A DNA stretch of 64,000 nucleotides from an uncultured Spirochaetota bacterium (lineage in GTDB: Bacteria; Spirochaetota; Spirochaetia; SZUA-6; Fen-1364). The translations under genes were made by a program, and so were the position numbers. The notes beneath the pieces were generated by a model. That model did not search any database and was not told the origin of the DNA. It saw only the letters and a list, made by a program, of their open reading frames with translations. Positions 9,278 through 18,826 of the stretch are shown one piece after another. Within the stretch, counting starts at the first letter, position 1, and each line of letters begins with the position of its first letter. The stretch lies in assembly GCA_963734545.1 (NCBI GenBank), contig CAVTHO010000010.1, positions 128,001 through 192,000 of the forward strand, in the 5' to 3' direction.

Positions 9278-10540
9278 CTACTTACGGGCCTCCGCGATGG
9301 AAGCCTGCAGATCGTTGAGGAACTTGTCCCGTGTCAGGCTGCCGGCGAGGAGCGCAACCAGACCGTTGTAGATCTTGTCCTCCCCGACAGACGGGGGCGA
9401 CTCGATCTCGAGCCAGGGCACGGACGCCTTGGCATTCGTGTACACGGTCGCCCAGAGCTTCTTGATGCTCGGGGGCGCCACTTCGGCAATGACTCCCTTG
9501 TAGAGCGCGATGTTGCCGTCCTTCGCCCAGATCACGAACGCTTCGCGGGTTCCCAGCCAGGACAGCACCTTGAGGGCTTCGGCCTTGTGCGCCGCCCTCG
9601 AGGGAACGCCGAAGGTGCAGAGACTCGCGCCGGTAACGTCCGTCTTGTTCTTCGCATTCTTGAAGCGCGGGAATTGCGCGATGCCGACCTCGATTGCCGG
9701 AGGTTCCTTTGCCATGTCAGCGGCCATCCAGGTGCCGGTCTGGAAGAACGGGGACTTCTGGGCATAGAACGCGGCCTGCCCGGTTCCGAAGTCGTCGCTC
9801 GTCATCCCTTCGCTGAAGTAGCCCTTGTTCTTCAGGTTCAGGAAATCATCCGTGGCCAGAACGAAATCCGCATCCGTGAACTTCACGCCATTGCGGGCCC
9901 ACAGCGCGTCGAACACCCTCTGCGCGCCGACACGCTGGGCGAGGAATCCCATCCACCAGTGCATGGCGGGCCAACCGTTGCGCGCGCCGAGAGCGATCGG
10001 GTAGATCCCCTTCTGCTTGAATTTCTCGCAGGCAGCGAGGAAATCCTCGAAGGTGGCGGGGACCGCGATCCCGGCATCCTTCAGCATCTTCACGTTGTAG
10101 TAGAACTGGAAGCCGCCGTGATATGCCATGGGGATTCCGTAGATCTTGCCTTTGTACGCGACCGCGCTTTCGGCAATCGGGAACAGATCGAACTTGTCCT
10201 TCAGCTTGGCCCAGATGTCGGGAATTTCCGTCAACTGGCCCGCCGCGGCGAAGTCCCGGGTCTGCTGGTTGCCTTCCCACTGCAGCAGGTCCGGCGGCTC
10301 GTTTCCGGCGAGGCCGGTTCGGATAACGGTGAAGAAGTCTTCGTTCCCGATGGGCCTGTCCTGGATCTGGATGTTCGGGTTGGCCTTGTTCCAGGCCCCG
10401 ATCAGATCGTCCATGCCTGCCTTCTCACCGCCTGCCGTGAACTCGTGCCACCAGCTCAGGGTTACCTTAGCCTGGCCAAAGGTGACAAGAGACACGAGCA
10501 GGAGCACCAGCACCAATACTCCACGTATAGTCTTTCTCAT
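9278..10540 (-). CDS. Carbohydrate ABC transporter substrate-binding protein (SBP family 1)
   Basis: Signal peptide; NKANPNIQI, PPDLL, GKIYGIP, YYNVKML, GTW motifs; GGAGGT RBS. Confidence 0.92.
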   Translation of the reverse strand: MRKTIRGVLVLVLLLVSLVTFGQAKVTLSWWHEFTAGGEKAGMDDLIGAWNKANPNIQIQDRPIGNEDFFTVIRTGLAGNEPPDLLQWEGNQQTRDFAAAGQLTEIPDIWAKLKDKFDLFPIAESAVAYKGKIYGIPMAYHGGFQFYYNVKMLKDAGIAVPATFEDFLAACEKFKQKGIYPIALGARNGWPAMHWWMGFLAQRVGAQRVFDALWARNGVKFTDADFVLATDDFLNLKNKGYFSEGMTSDDFGTGQAAFYAQKSPFFQTGTWMAADMAKEPPAIEVGIAQFPRFKNAKNKTDVTGASLCTFGVPSRAAHKAEALKVLSWLGTREAFVIWAKDGNIALYKGVIAEVAPPSIKKLWATVYTNAKASVPWLEIESPPSVGEDKIYNGLVALLAGSLTRDKFLNDLQASIAEARK

Positions 10541-10560
10541 GGTGACCTCCTAGACTCGCA

Positions 10561-10590
10561 ACGCTATCACGTGTTTTCCTGAGATGTCAA
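10561..10590 (-). promoter_or_regulatory. Sigma70-type promoter of the ABC/paralog operon
   Basis: TTGACA (10590-10585), 18-bp spacer, extended TGn-TAGCGT -10 in an AT-rich divergent intergenic region. Confidence 0.55.
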
Positions 10591-10678
10591 GAAAAATCGC
10601 GATGTTTTATTACTACATTTTGGAGATATGGTCAGAAATTGTCTTATATTTTTCAGAGAATATTCGCAAAATCCTGAC

Positions 10679-10707
10679 TTGACACCGCTTAAAAACGGTG
10701 CGAAACT
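10679..10707 (+). promoter_or_regulatory. Putative promoter of the LacI gene; spacer contains an inverted repeat CACCG-N8-CGGTG
   Basis: TTGACA 10679-10684, 17 bp, weak GAAACT -10, ATG 6 nt later. Confidence 0.45.
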
Positions 10708-10713
10708 GCCACT

Positions 10714-11712
10714 ATGGCATCGGTCACAATGCAACACGTTGCTCGTCTTGCGGGGGTTTCGATCTCAACAGTGTCCAGAGTCCTGAGAAACGATGAATCA
10801 GTCGAACCTGACAACCAGGTCAGGGTGCGAAAAGCCATCAAGGAGTCGGGCTACCGGGTAAAGCCGGCGGCAAGGCGGGATGATTCAGATCATCGTTTCG
10901 TCGCTTTGATAGTCCCCGAGATCACCAACCCCTTCTACGCAAGCATCGTGAAAGGCGTCGAAAGGGTCGCGCGGACACACGACTTCGGCGTGATGGTATA
11001 CAACTCCGAGGAAAGCGTCGAAGTCGAGAACCGTAACCTTGCGTCCGTCGTCAAGCAGGGCACGCGCGGACTCATCTATGTATCCTGCGTCGTAGAGCCG
11101 AACGATCTCGTGGAAGAGCTCATCAAAAGCCAATTCCCCCTCGTGTTCCTGGACCGGATCGCGGAGGAGAAAAACACGAACGTCGTTTTCACGGACAACA
11201 TAGAGGGGGCCTACCAGGCGGTGAAATACCTGCTGCAGCTCGGCCACCGACATATCGTGTACGTCGCCGGAACCAAGACTTCCAGCACCGAGCGTGACCG
11301 CTACCTTGGCTACTGCCAGGCCCTGCGGGACGAAGGGATCGCCGTCGATGAGCGGCTCATCGTGAACGGCGAGTACGACATAGACGTTGCCTATGAAGCA
11401 TTGAACGGGCTCCTCAGCCGGGGGGTCGATTTCTCTGCCGTCTTTTCTTCAAACGACCTGATGGCCTTCGGCGTCAAGCAGGCGCTTGAAGAAAACGGCA
11501 AGAAAGTTCCCGACGATGTCTCCATCGTCGGCTACGACGACATCAGCTTCTCGCACACGATTTCGCTCACCGTCATCTCCCAGCCGATCGTGGAAATGGG
11601 AAAAAGCGCCATGACGCTCCTCCTCGACCTCATCCATAACCGGGTCACGCCCCCGCAGAGGATCGTCCACCGGCCGTCGCTCATCATCCGCAGCTCCTGC
11701 AAGAGACGATAG
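10714..11712 (+). CDS. LacI-family transcriptional regulator
   Basis: VARLAGVSISTVSRVL HTH; NPFYASIVKGVE, ND.MA.G, VPDDVSIVGYDD. Confidence 0.95.
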   Translation: MASVTMQHVARLAGVSISTVSRVLRNDESVEPDNQVRVRKAIKESGYRVKPAARRDDSDHRFVALIVPEITNPFYASIVKGVERVARTHDFGVMVYNSEESVEVENRNLASVVKQGTRGLIYVSCVVEPNDLVEELIKSQFPLVFLDRIAEEKNTNVVFTDNIEGAYQAVKYLLQLGHRHIVYVAGTKTSSTERDRYLGYCQALRDEGIAVDERLIVNGEYDIDVAYEALNGLLSRGVDFSAVFSSNDLMAFGVKQALEENGKKVPDDVSIVGYDDISFSHTISLTVISQPIVEMGKSAMTLLLDLIHNRVTPPQRIVHRPSLIIRSSCKRR

Positions 11713-11732
11713 TACTCGCCATCCACGAAGGC

Positions 11733-11759
11733 GCGCCCGCACCGACGCGGTGCGGGCGC
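11733..11759 (+). terminator. Strong intergenic stem-loop
   Basis: GCGCCCGCACCG-ACG-CGGTGCGGGCGC perfect 12-bp stem; no U-tract, so it could be a stabiliser rather than a terminator. Confidence 0.45.
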
Positions 11760-11792
11760 CAAAGGTCAGGTTGACAGGGATAAGGAGGAACC

Positions 11793-13634
11793 ATGTACCG
11801 TTGTCTGAATCCGGGAGCGATCGGAATCCGTGCAGGCTGGGAAGAGTGTGCGGCGCTGGCACAAGAGGGTGACTTCGAGGGAATAGACGTGCCGGTCACG
11901 GCCGCGCTCGACGTGCAGAAATGCCTCGATCGACTTGCGGAGTCCGGCCTTCGGCCGGGAGGCACGACGCTTCCCTTTGATTTCCGATCCGAGGCAGCCG
12001 TCTACGCCGACGGGCTGAAGCTCCTGGACGACATCGTTCGGCGCGCCGACAGGATCGGGGAGAGGCGTTTCTACACGTGGATCTGGTCTTTCTCGGATGA
12101 CCGGCCGATGAAAGACAACTTCCGCTTTCATGTGGAACGTCTGCGCCCGATTGCCCAGGCCCTGGACGCACGCGGCTGTGTCCTCGGGCTTGAGTTCCTC
12201 GGCCCGAAAACCCTGCGCCTCGGGCATCGTTACGCCTTCATCCACACCATGGAACACATGCTCGACCTGTGCGAGGCGGTCGGCCCGAACACCGGCCTTC
12301 TTCTCGACGCCTGGCACTGGCATACGTCCCTCGGGACCCTCGAAGATATTCGCAACCTCGCCGCACGCCAGGTCGTCTACGTGCACGTCAACGACGCCCC
12401 TGCCGGAATCCCCGTGGAAATGCAGGTGGACACTGTCCGCGCGCTCCCCGGTGAGACCGGCGTCATCGATCTTCCGGGCTTTCTCGATGCGCTGAGACAC
12501 ATCGGGTACGACGGCCCGATCGTGCCCGAGCCCTTCATGCCGGAGCTGGCAGCACTCGAGCCAATCGACGCGATCCGCCGCGTCGGGGGGGCGCTGCGTC
12601 GTGCCGGGCAGCTCCCGCCGCGCACCCCTCTTCCCACCACCATGAAGGCGATAGCGACAGGCAGCAGGAAAGCTTGGACCGTCGACGTGCCCGTTCCGCG
12701 GGCGCGCGGAAACGAGGTAGTCATCAAGCTCTATGCCAGCCCGATTTGCGGCAGCGTGATGGGAGGCTTTTTCGGAGAGGGAGAATGGATCAATCGCGGC
12801 CACGAGGGGGCGGGCGAGGTGGTCGAAGTGGCGCACAGCACCCGTCTCAAAGTCGGAGATCGCGTGGCAGCCGGAGTTCTGACCGGCTGCGGCACATGCC
12901 CTGATTGCCTTCGCGGAGACGCCATCTTCTGCAGGGAACGGCCCGAGGTCCACGGCACGTTTGCCCAGTTCACACGGGCGGCCGACATCGTGTGCACGCG
13001 TATCCCGGATTCCCTGAGCTACGCCCACGCCTCCCTCATGTGCTGCGGGCTGGGACCGGCCTACGAATCACTCAAGCGCCTGCACCTGCGCCCCTATGAT
13101 ACCATCCTGGTGTCCGGGCTCGGACCTGTCGGCCTCGGGGCAGTTGCCCTGGCCTCCACCCACGGTGCCAGAATCATTGCCGTTGATCCCGTTGCGTATC
13201 GCCGCGAGCTGGCCAGGAAACTCGGCGCCGCGGAAGCCTTCGATCCGTCCGACACCAACTTGTCGGAGATCGTGGTCGGCTTGACGGACGGCAGGGGCAT
13301 TCCCAAAGCCATCGACGCTTCGGGCGATGCATCGATGCAGCGAATGGCAATTGATCTTGCGGGAACACGCGGCGAGATCGCGTTTGTGGGGGAGAACCCG
13401 GGCACCATTCCCCTCTCTCCCAGCAAAGACATGATCCGCAAAGGACTTACCCTGCACGGCTGCTGGCACATGAACATGCTGGATGCCCCGGACCTCATTC
13501 AGTTCCTTCAGCGCTGGCCCGCCAAGGCGGACATGCTGATCACGCACTCCTGCGGATTCGCTGACGTGCAGCAGGCATTCGACACATTCGCGTCGAGACA
13601 GTGCGCGAAAGTGCTGCTCGAGCCCTGGAAGTGA
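11793..13634 (+). CDS. Fusion of a sugar-phosphate isomerase/epimerase (xylose-isomerase-like TIM barrel) and a Zn-dependent alcohol dehydrogenase (MDR)
   Basis: N: LGLEFLGP, LLDAWHW, VHVND, R.LPGETG.ID, YDGP..PE. C: ICGS, GHE, CGTCPDC...C, GLGPVG; AGGAGG RBS. Confidence 0.85.
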   Translation: MYRCLNPGAIGIRAGWEECAALAQEGDFEGIDVPVTAALDVQKCLDRLAESGLRPGGTTLPFDFRSEAAVYADGLKLLDDIVRRADRIGERRFYTWIWSFSDDRPMKDNFRFHVERLRPIAQALDARGCVLGLEFLGPKTLRLGHRYAFIHTMEHMLDLCEAVGPNTGLLLDAWHWHTSLGTLEDIRNLAARQVVYVHVNDAPAGIPVEMQVDTVRALPGETGVIDLPGFLDALRHIGYDGPIVPEPFMPELAALEPIDAIRRVGGALRRAGQLPPRTPLPTTMKAIATGSRKAWTVDVPVPRARGNEVVIKLYASPICGSVMGGFFGEGEWINRGHEGAGEVVEVAHSTRLKVGDRVAAGVLTGCGTCPDCLRGDAIFCRERPEVHGTFAQFTRAADIVCTRIPDSLSYAHASLMCCGLGPAYESLKRLHLRPYDTILVSGLGPVGLGAVALASTHGARIIAVDPVAYRRELARKLGAAEAFDPSDTNLSEIVVGLTDGRGIPKAIDASGDASMQRMAIDLAGTRGEIAFVGENPGTIPLSPSKDMIRKGLTLHGCWHMNMLDAPDLIQFLQRWPAKADMLITHSCGFADVQQAFDTFASRQCAKVLLEPWK

Positions 13635-13669
13635 GGGGAAGCACCCGCGCGGACTTCGTGGAGACCAGC

Positions 13670-16405
13670 ATGGCACAGAGGAAGCAGCGTGAGCCTGAGG
13701 GGGACTTTGGCATCGTCGAGGCGCTTTGCGAATATCAAAGGAACCCTCTGGGCATCGACGTCACCGCCCCGCGTTTCTCATGGATTCTTCGTCACACCGG
13801 CCGCGGCCAGCGGCAGTCTGCCTACCGGATCAGGGTGGCGTCAACCCTGTCCCGCCTCGAGTCAGGACGGGCCGATCTGTGGGACAGCGGACGAATCCGA
13901 TCGGCGCAGTCGGTCAACGTGCCTTATGGGGGCCGTGCGCTCCGCAGCGGGACCGCGTACCACTGGAACGTCTGCGCATGGGACCGCGGCGGACGTCGCC
14001 GCGCGCAAGGCGAAACGGCCAGCTTCGAAATGGGCCTTCTTCACGCCCGGAACTGGCGCACGGGCTGGTTCGGGTGCAGCGGGGCGACGTCCGGTGAAGG
14101 CGTTCTTTTCCGGCGCGAATTCGCCTTCCCGGGAGAGGTGACACGCGCCAGGGTCTATATCTCAGGTCTTGGCTACTACGAGCTTTCGATCAATGGCAGG
14201 AAAGTGGGCGACCATGTGCTCGATCCCGGGTGGACCGAGTACAGCAAGACCGCTCTCTACGTCACCTACGACATCGCCCCCTACCTGATGCAAGGGACGA
14301 ACGCAGTGGGCGTGATGCTGGGAAGCGGATGGCACGGCGAGCCCCTGCTTCTCCTGCAGATGGACATCGCGCTTGCGGATGGAAGCCACGTCGTCCTCCA
14401 GGATGCTGAAGGGTCCTGGCAGACGACCGGGGCTCCCGTCGTGCGCAACAGCATCTACGGCGGCGAGGTGTACGATGCCCGACTGGAGCTGCCGGGGTGG
14501 GACATGCCGGGATTCCGGACCGATCCCCGCGTCTGGGCCAATGCGCGTCGAGTGGAAGGCCCCGGCGGGAAACTGAAAGCGCAGATGCTCGAGGCAATCA
14601 AGGTGGTCCGCACGGTGAAACCGGTTCGGATCACCCGCCCCCAGCCGGGCGTTCATATCGTGGATTTCGGTCAGAACTTCAGCGGCTGGTGCCGGCTCTC
14701 CGTGCAGGGTCCACGAGGGACCTCTGTCGTCATGAGGCATGCGGAGGTCCTCTCCGCGGACGGCACCGTCAACCAGGAAAACCTCCGCACCGCGCGGGCC
14801 ACGGCTGTGTATGTCCTGAAAGGCGGAGGTGGGGAGACCTACGAGCCGCGCTTCACCTACTTCGGATTCCGCTACGTCGAAGTCACAGGCTTCCCGGGCG
14901 AGCTGACACCCGAAGACCTGACCGGCTGCGTCGTTCGTTCTTCGGTCGACACGTCCGGTGAGTTCTCCTGCTCCAATGCGCTGTTCAACCGGATCCAGAG
15001 CAACATCGTGTGGACGGAAGGGAACAACCTTCACAGCCTGCCCACGGACTGTCCGCAGCGCGACGAGCGCATGGGATGGCTCAACGACATGACGGTCCGG
15101 GCCGAGGAAGCCATCTACAACTTCTCCATGGTGCGGCTGTACACGAAATGGATGCGGGATATCCGGGATGCCCAGGACCCCGTCACGGGGGCGATAGCCG
15201 ACACGGCGCCCTTTCTGTGGGGCGGCCGCCCGGGAGACCCGGTGGACTGCTACCTGTTCGTGGCGTGGTTCCTCTACCTTTACTACGGCGATGCGCGCAT
15301 TCTCGAAGAATACTACGACAGCATGAAGCGGTGGGTGGATTTCCTCGGACGCCAGGCCGATGACCTCATTGTGCCCTACACCCGCTATGGCGACTGGTGC
15401 ACGCCGATCAAAGACTGCCTGCCCGCAGACACGTCCGATATTCCTGAGGAATCCCGGGGCGCAGTTGTCCGTCTCGGGTCCTATCCCCGGGCAACCCCGG
15501 GCGCTCTCATCTCCACTGCCTACTACCATTACAATGCCCTCATCCTGTCGCGAATCGCTGAACGGACGGGGAACGGGCGCGATTCACGCCGCTATGCTGC
15601 GCTGGCACGCCGGATAGCATCAGCGCTCAATAAACGCTTCTTCGACCCTGACACGGGCAACTACGCCACCGGGAGCCAGGGCTCCAACACTCTCCCGCTC
15701 TTCCTGGGGATCGTGCCCCGGCAGCAGCGTCATCTGGTCCTGCGCAACATCGTTCAGGACATCGTCGAGAAGCACGGGGGGCACCTGAACGCGGGCAACC
15801 AATGCACGAAGTACATGTTCGAAGTGCTCACGGAGCTCGGGGCGGGGGACGTCGCCTACGGGATGATGAACCGCACCACGTATCCCAGCTGGGGCTACAT
15901 GATCGAGCACGGTGCCACCACGATCTGGGAACGCTGGGAGGAGTTGACCGGGCCGGGCATGAACTCCCACGACCATCCCATGCTGGGAGCTGTCGGCGCC
16001 TGGTTCTACAAGTACCTGGCCGGGCTGCAGGCAGATCCTCGGTCCCCCGGATGGCAGTCGTTCCAGGTCAGGCCGCATGTCCTTTCTGACCTTGGCTCTG
16101 TCACGGCGACGATTCGAACCGTTCGAGGGAGGATTTCCGTCGCGTGGGAACGAAAGCCCGGCCAGCTTACGCTCGACGTATGCGTTCCTGTCAACAGCTC
16201 AGCCAGGATCCACATCCCCTTGCTGGGAAGCACGCACGCGCAGGTATCAGAGGGCGACACTCCGCTGTGGGACGGGACGAAGGGTTCGGAAGGAATTGCC
16301 GGCTTGAGGCGCGTTCGGCAGGTGGACGGATACCTGGCGGTCGACGCGGGATCCGGCTCCTACCATTTCGCTGTCCGCGCCCACGAGCCGGTCAAGCCGC
16401 AGTGA
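13670..16405 (+). CDS. Alpha-L-rhamnosidase, GH78 (no signal peptide)
   Basis: NPLGID..PRFSW, GLGYYEL, DFGQNFSG, PTDCPQRDERMGW, GATTIWERW, MNSHDH motifs. Confidence 0.93.
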   Translation: MAQRKQREPEGDFGIVEALCEYQRNPLGIDVTAPRFSWILRHTGRGQRQSAYRIRVASTLSRLESGRADLWDSGRIRSAQSVNVPYGGRALRSGTAYHWNVCAWDRGGRRRAQGETASFEMGLLHARNWRTGWFGCSGATSGEGVLFRREFAFPGEVTRARVYISGLGYYELSINGRKVGDHVLDPGWTEYSKTALYVTYDIAPYLMQGTNAVGVMLGSGWHGEPLLLLQMDIALADGSHVVLQDAEGSWQTTGAPVVRNSIYGGEVYDARLELPGWDMPGFRTDPRVWANARRVEGPGGKLKAQMLEAIKVVRTVKPVRITRPQPGVHIVDFGQNFSGWCRLSVQGPRGTSVVMRHAEVLSADGTVNQENLRTARATAVYVLKGGGGETYEPRFTYFGFRYVEVTGFPGELTPEDLTGCVVRSSVDTSGEFSCSNALFNRIQSNIVWTEGNNLHSLPTDCPQRDERMGWLNDMTVRAEEAIYNFSMVRLYTKWMRDIRDAQDPVTGAIADTAPFLWGGRPGDPVDCYLFVAWFLYLYYGDARILEEYYDSMKRWVDFLGRQADDLIVPYTRYGDWCTPIKDCLPADTSDIPEESRGAVVRLGSYPRATPGALISTAYYHYNALILSRIAERTGNGRDSRRYAALARRIASALNKRFFDPDTGNYATGSQGSNTLPLFLGIVPRQQRHLVLRNIVQDIVEKHGGHLNAGNQCTKYMFEVLTELGAGDVAYGMMNRTTYPSWGYMIEHGATTIWERWEELTGPGMNSHDHPMLGAVGAWFYKYLAGLQADPRSPGWQSFQVRPHVLSDLGSVTATIRTVRGRISVAWERKPGQLTLDVCVPVNSSARIHIPLLGSTHAQVSEGDTPLWDGTKGSEGIAGLRRVRQVDGYLAVDAGSGSYHFAVRAHEPVKPQ

Positions 16406-16424
16406 CGGCAGTGTCGACTCACAT

Positions 16425-16520
16425 GGCAAACGAGCAGCATGTCCCGGCCCGGCCCGCCATCGAGAACATCCGCGCCGGGCCCTCCGATCAGGAGATCGTT
16501 TCCGGGACCGCCAAGCAAGG
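16425..16520 (-). pseudogene. Remnant of RTX (hemolysin-type Ca-binding) repeats
   Basis: LLGGPGNDLLIGGPGADVLDGGPGRDML, three GGxGxDxL nonapeptides with no intact parent gene. Confidence 0.6.
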
Positions 16521-16530
16521 CGGTACTTTT
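16507..16530 (+). terminator. Putative rho-independent terminator after GH78
   Basis: ACCGCC-AAGCAA-GGCGGT followed by ACTTTT. Confidence 0.45.
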
Positions 16531-16885
16531 CCCTATCGATCCACATTTCACTTCAACTTTTGTGAAGCCGGGCCGACAGGACTCAGCCGACAAAGACCAA
16601 TGCCACACCCGCGCAATGCACCTGTCAATAGAAGCTTCTTCATCGGCCCCATGAGAAGGGCGCCCCTGACGGACCGGATCCCCTCTTCATTTATCCGGCC
16701 CTGCATCAACACGCATGCGGGTGGAGCCTCCCCTGGGAGCGAACTGGCTCCCCAATGCCCGCTTTTTCAGGCTTTTCCCGTCTCGAATGCCTTCGAAGAT
16801 TGACAATGCCTGTGCGAAAAACCACCCTCTCCACGCGAAGGTTGTTGCCCGCAGCTCAACGGGAATGAAAAACAAAGGAGCCTCC

Positions 16886-18421
16886 ATGGACGTGAACAAG
16901 GAGAACGGGTGGTCTGCGATCTGGAAGAAGGATGACTGGCTGTCCGTCTGGATCGGCTTTCTCATCCTTGGCGTCTTCATCGCCGGCTTCGCGCTCAGGC
17001 TCCCTGACTGGAAGTGGATGAGCGGCGCCGAGTTCGACGGGAAGGGTGCAGCCTGGGCGGAGAGAGTCCAGGCGCTCGCGGCGGATGCGGAGGCGAAGAG
17101 AGAGGCCGGCCTCAAGGGATCCCTCGTGGCCCTCTACTCGGCCCTCTCCATGAAGGACCGGCTGAGCGCAGCAGATGCGGCGGCAGCCCTGCAGGATACG
17201 GCAAGAAACGTGCAGGACTCCGACCTGAAGAAAAAGGCGGGCGCGATCGGAGCGGAAATCAGGACCGCCGCGGGCCAGCGCATTGCGCGGGTCATCTCCT
17301 GGACGAACCTTCAGGGGGCGCTCCTGATCCTGGCGGGCTTCTGGTTGCTTGCCGCGATAGCGATCGTTCTCATGGGTGAGAAGCTCGGCAGGTTTCTCAT
17401 TGGATTTCCCGTGGTCTTCGTCCTGGCCGCGGCAGCCTTTTTCATCGCGGGAAACGACACCGTCACCTACTACGGCATCGAGTACGTCATCTGGGCCCTC
17501 CTCATCGGTCTGTTCATCAGCAACGTGCTCGGCGTTCCCGGCTGGCTGAAAGCGGCCGCAAAGACGGAGCTCTACATCAAGATCGGGCTCGTGATGCTCG
17601 GCGCCGAGGTCATCTTCAGCACCATCCTGAAGGCGGGAGCGCTGGCGATGATCCAGGCCGTCGTCGTCATCGGCGCCGTGTGGTACGTCTGCTACTGGCT
17701 GGCCAAGAAGCTCGGCCTCGACAAGGAGTTCGGCGCCATCCTGGCCACGGGAGTCTCGGTCTGCGGAGTCTCCGCCGCTATCGCTGCCGGTGGCGCCCTG
17801 AAGGGCGACCCGAAGAAGGTGAGCCATACGATCTCGCTCGTCCTGCTCGTTGCCATCCCGATGCTGATCCTGCAGCCCCTCATCGCTCGCGCGGTGCAGC
17901 TGCCCCTCAGCGTCGCCGGGGCGTGGATCGGCGGGACCATCGACACCACCGGCGCCGTGGCTGCCGCGGGATCCCTCGTCGGGCCGGTGGCGCTCAACGT
18001 TGCCACGGTCGTGAAGCTGTCCCAGAACGCGCTGATAGGGGTCATCGCGTTCCTGCTCGCTCTCTGGGCCGCGTTCACCCGCAAGGGAGCCGGCGCCGAG
18101 CGGCCGCGCGCAGGGGAGATCTGGGGCAGGTTCCCCAAGTTCGTCCTCGGCTTCATCGTCGCATCGCTCGTCGTCTCCCTTTTCCTGAGCGAGCCGTCAG
18201 CCAAGGCACTCACGAAGCTCACCTCCAGCCTGCGGGGCATCTGGTTCGCCCTCGCCTTCCTCTCCATCGGGCTGGACACGAGGTTCAAGGACCTCATCGC
18301 CATGGGCGGCGGGAAACCGGCGCTCACGTTCGTCCTGGCGCAGGTCTTCAACATCTTCTGGACCCTCCTTGTCGCCTACCTCCTGTTCGGCGGCCTCCTC
18401 TTTCCGGCACCGAGCCTCTGA
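16886..18421 (+). CDS. YeiH / putative sulfate exporter family membrane protein
   Basis: KKDDWLSVW N-terminus; GVSVCGVSAAIA, GAWIGGTIDTTGAV, FPKFVLGF; AAGGAG RBS. Confidence 0.9.
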   Translation: MDVNKENGWSAIWKKDDWLSVWIGFLILGVFIAGFALRLPDWKWMSGAEFDGKGAAWAERVQALAADAEAKREAGLKGSLVALYSALSMKDRLSAADAAAALQDTARNVQDSDLKKKAGAIGAEIRTAAGQRIARVISWTNLQGALLILAGFWLLAAIAIVLMGEKLGRFLIGFPVVFVLAAAAFFIAGNDTVTYYGIEYVIWALLIGLFISNVLGVPGWLKAAAKTELYIKIGLVMLGAEVIFSTILKAGALAMIQAVVVIGAVWYVCYWLAKKLGLDKEFGAILATGVSVCGVSAAIAAGGALKGDPKKVSHTISLVLLVAIPMLILQPLIARAVQLPLSVAGAWIGGTIDTTGAVAAAGSLVGPVALNVATVVKLSQNALIGVIAFLLALWAAFTRKGAGAERPRAGEIWGRFPKFVLGFIVASLVVSLFLSEPSAKALTKLTSSLRGIWFALAFLSIGLDTRFKDLIAMGGGKPALTFVLAQVFNIFWTLLVAYLLFGGLLFPAPSL

Positions 18422-18513
18422 GCAACGGAGCGGACGCCGCGTCCAGCGGTGCGTGAGAGACGCGGCTTCACGCTTGCTCGAGGGAGATCCAAGCGATAAA
18501 GTGGGAATCTGCA

Positions 18514-18826
18514 ATGGACAACCCAGGCAAAGCCGAAAGCCTTTCGCTCCTCATTGTCGACGACGAGGTGCTCACCCGATCCCTGCTCAGGAACTGCCTC
18601 GACTGGGGGAGCCTCGGCATTCGAATCGTCGGAGAGGCGGCAGATGCGGAGGAGGGCTACACTATCGTCAAGGGCCTTCGCCCCGACATGGTGCTGACCG
18701 ATATCCGGATGGGACGGATCGACGGTATCAATTTCGGAGGCACGGTACGCTGGGCATACTCGAACTCGTCATAGCCCGTGATCACGACTACCCGTGTGCG
18801 CGGGAATTCGGCCTTTACTCCCTGGC
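18514..18826 (+). pseudogene. Disrupted YesN-type response regulator receiver domain; 18736-18826 lies in inverted orientation
   Basis: + strand LIVDDE...DMVLTDIRM..IDGINF; the - strand of the adjacent segment reads VKAEFPRTRVVVITGYDEFEYAQR, the expected continuation. Confidence 0.8.

Noticed and set aside
16530-16860. Possible riboswitch or ncRNA upstream of the YeiH gene
   Set aside because: Only short hairpins; I could not match any known aptamer consensus by eye
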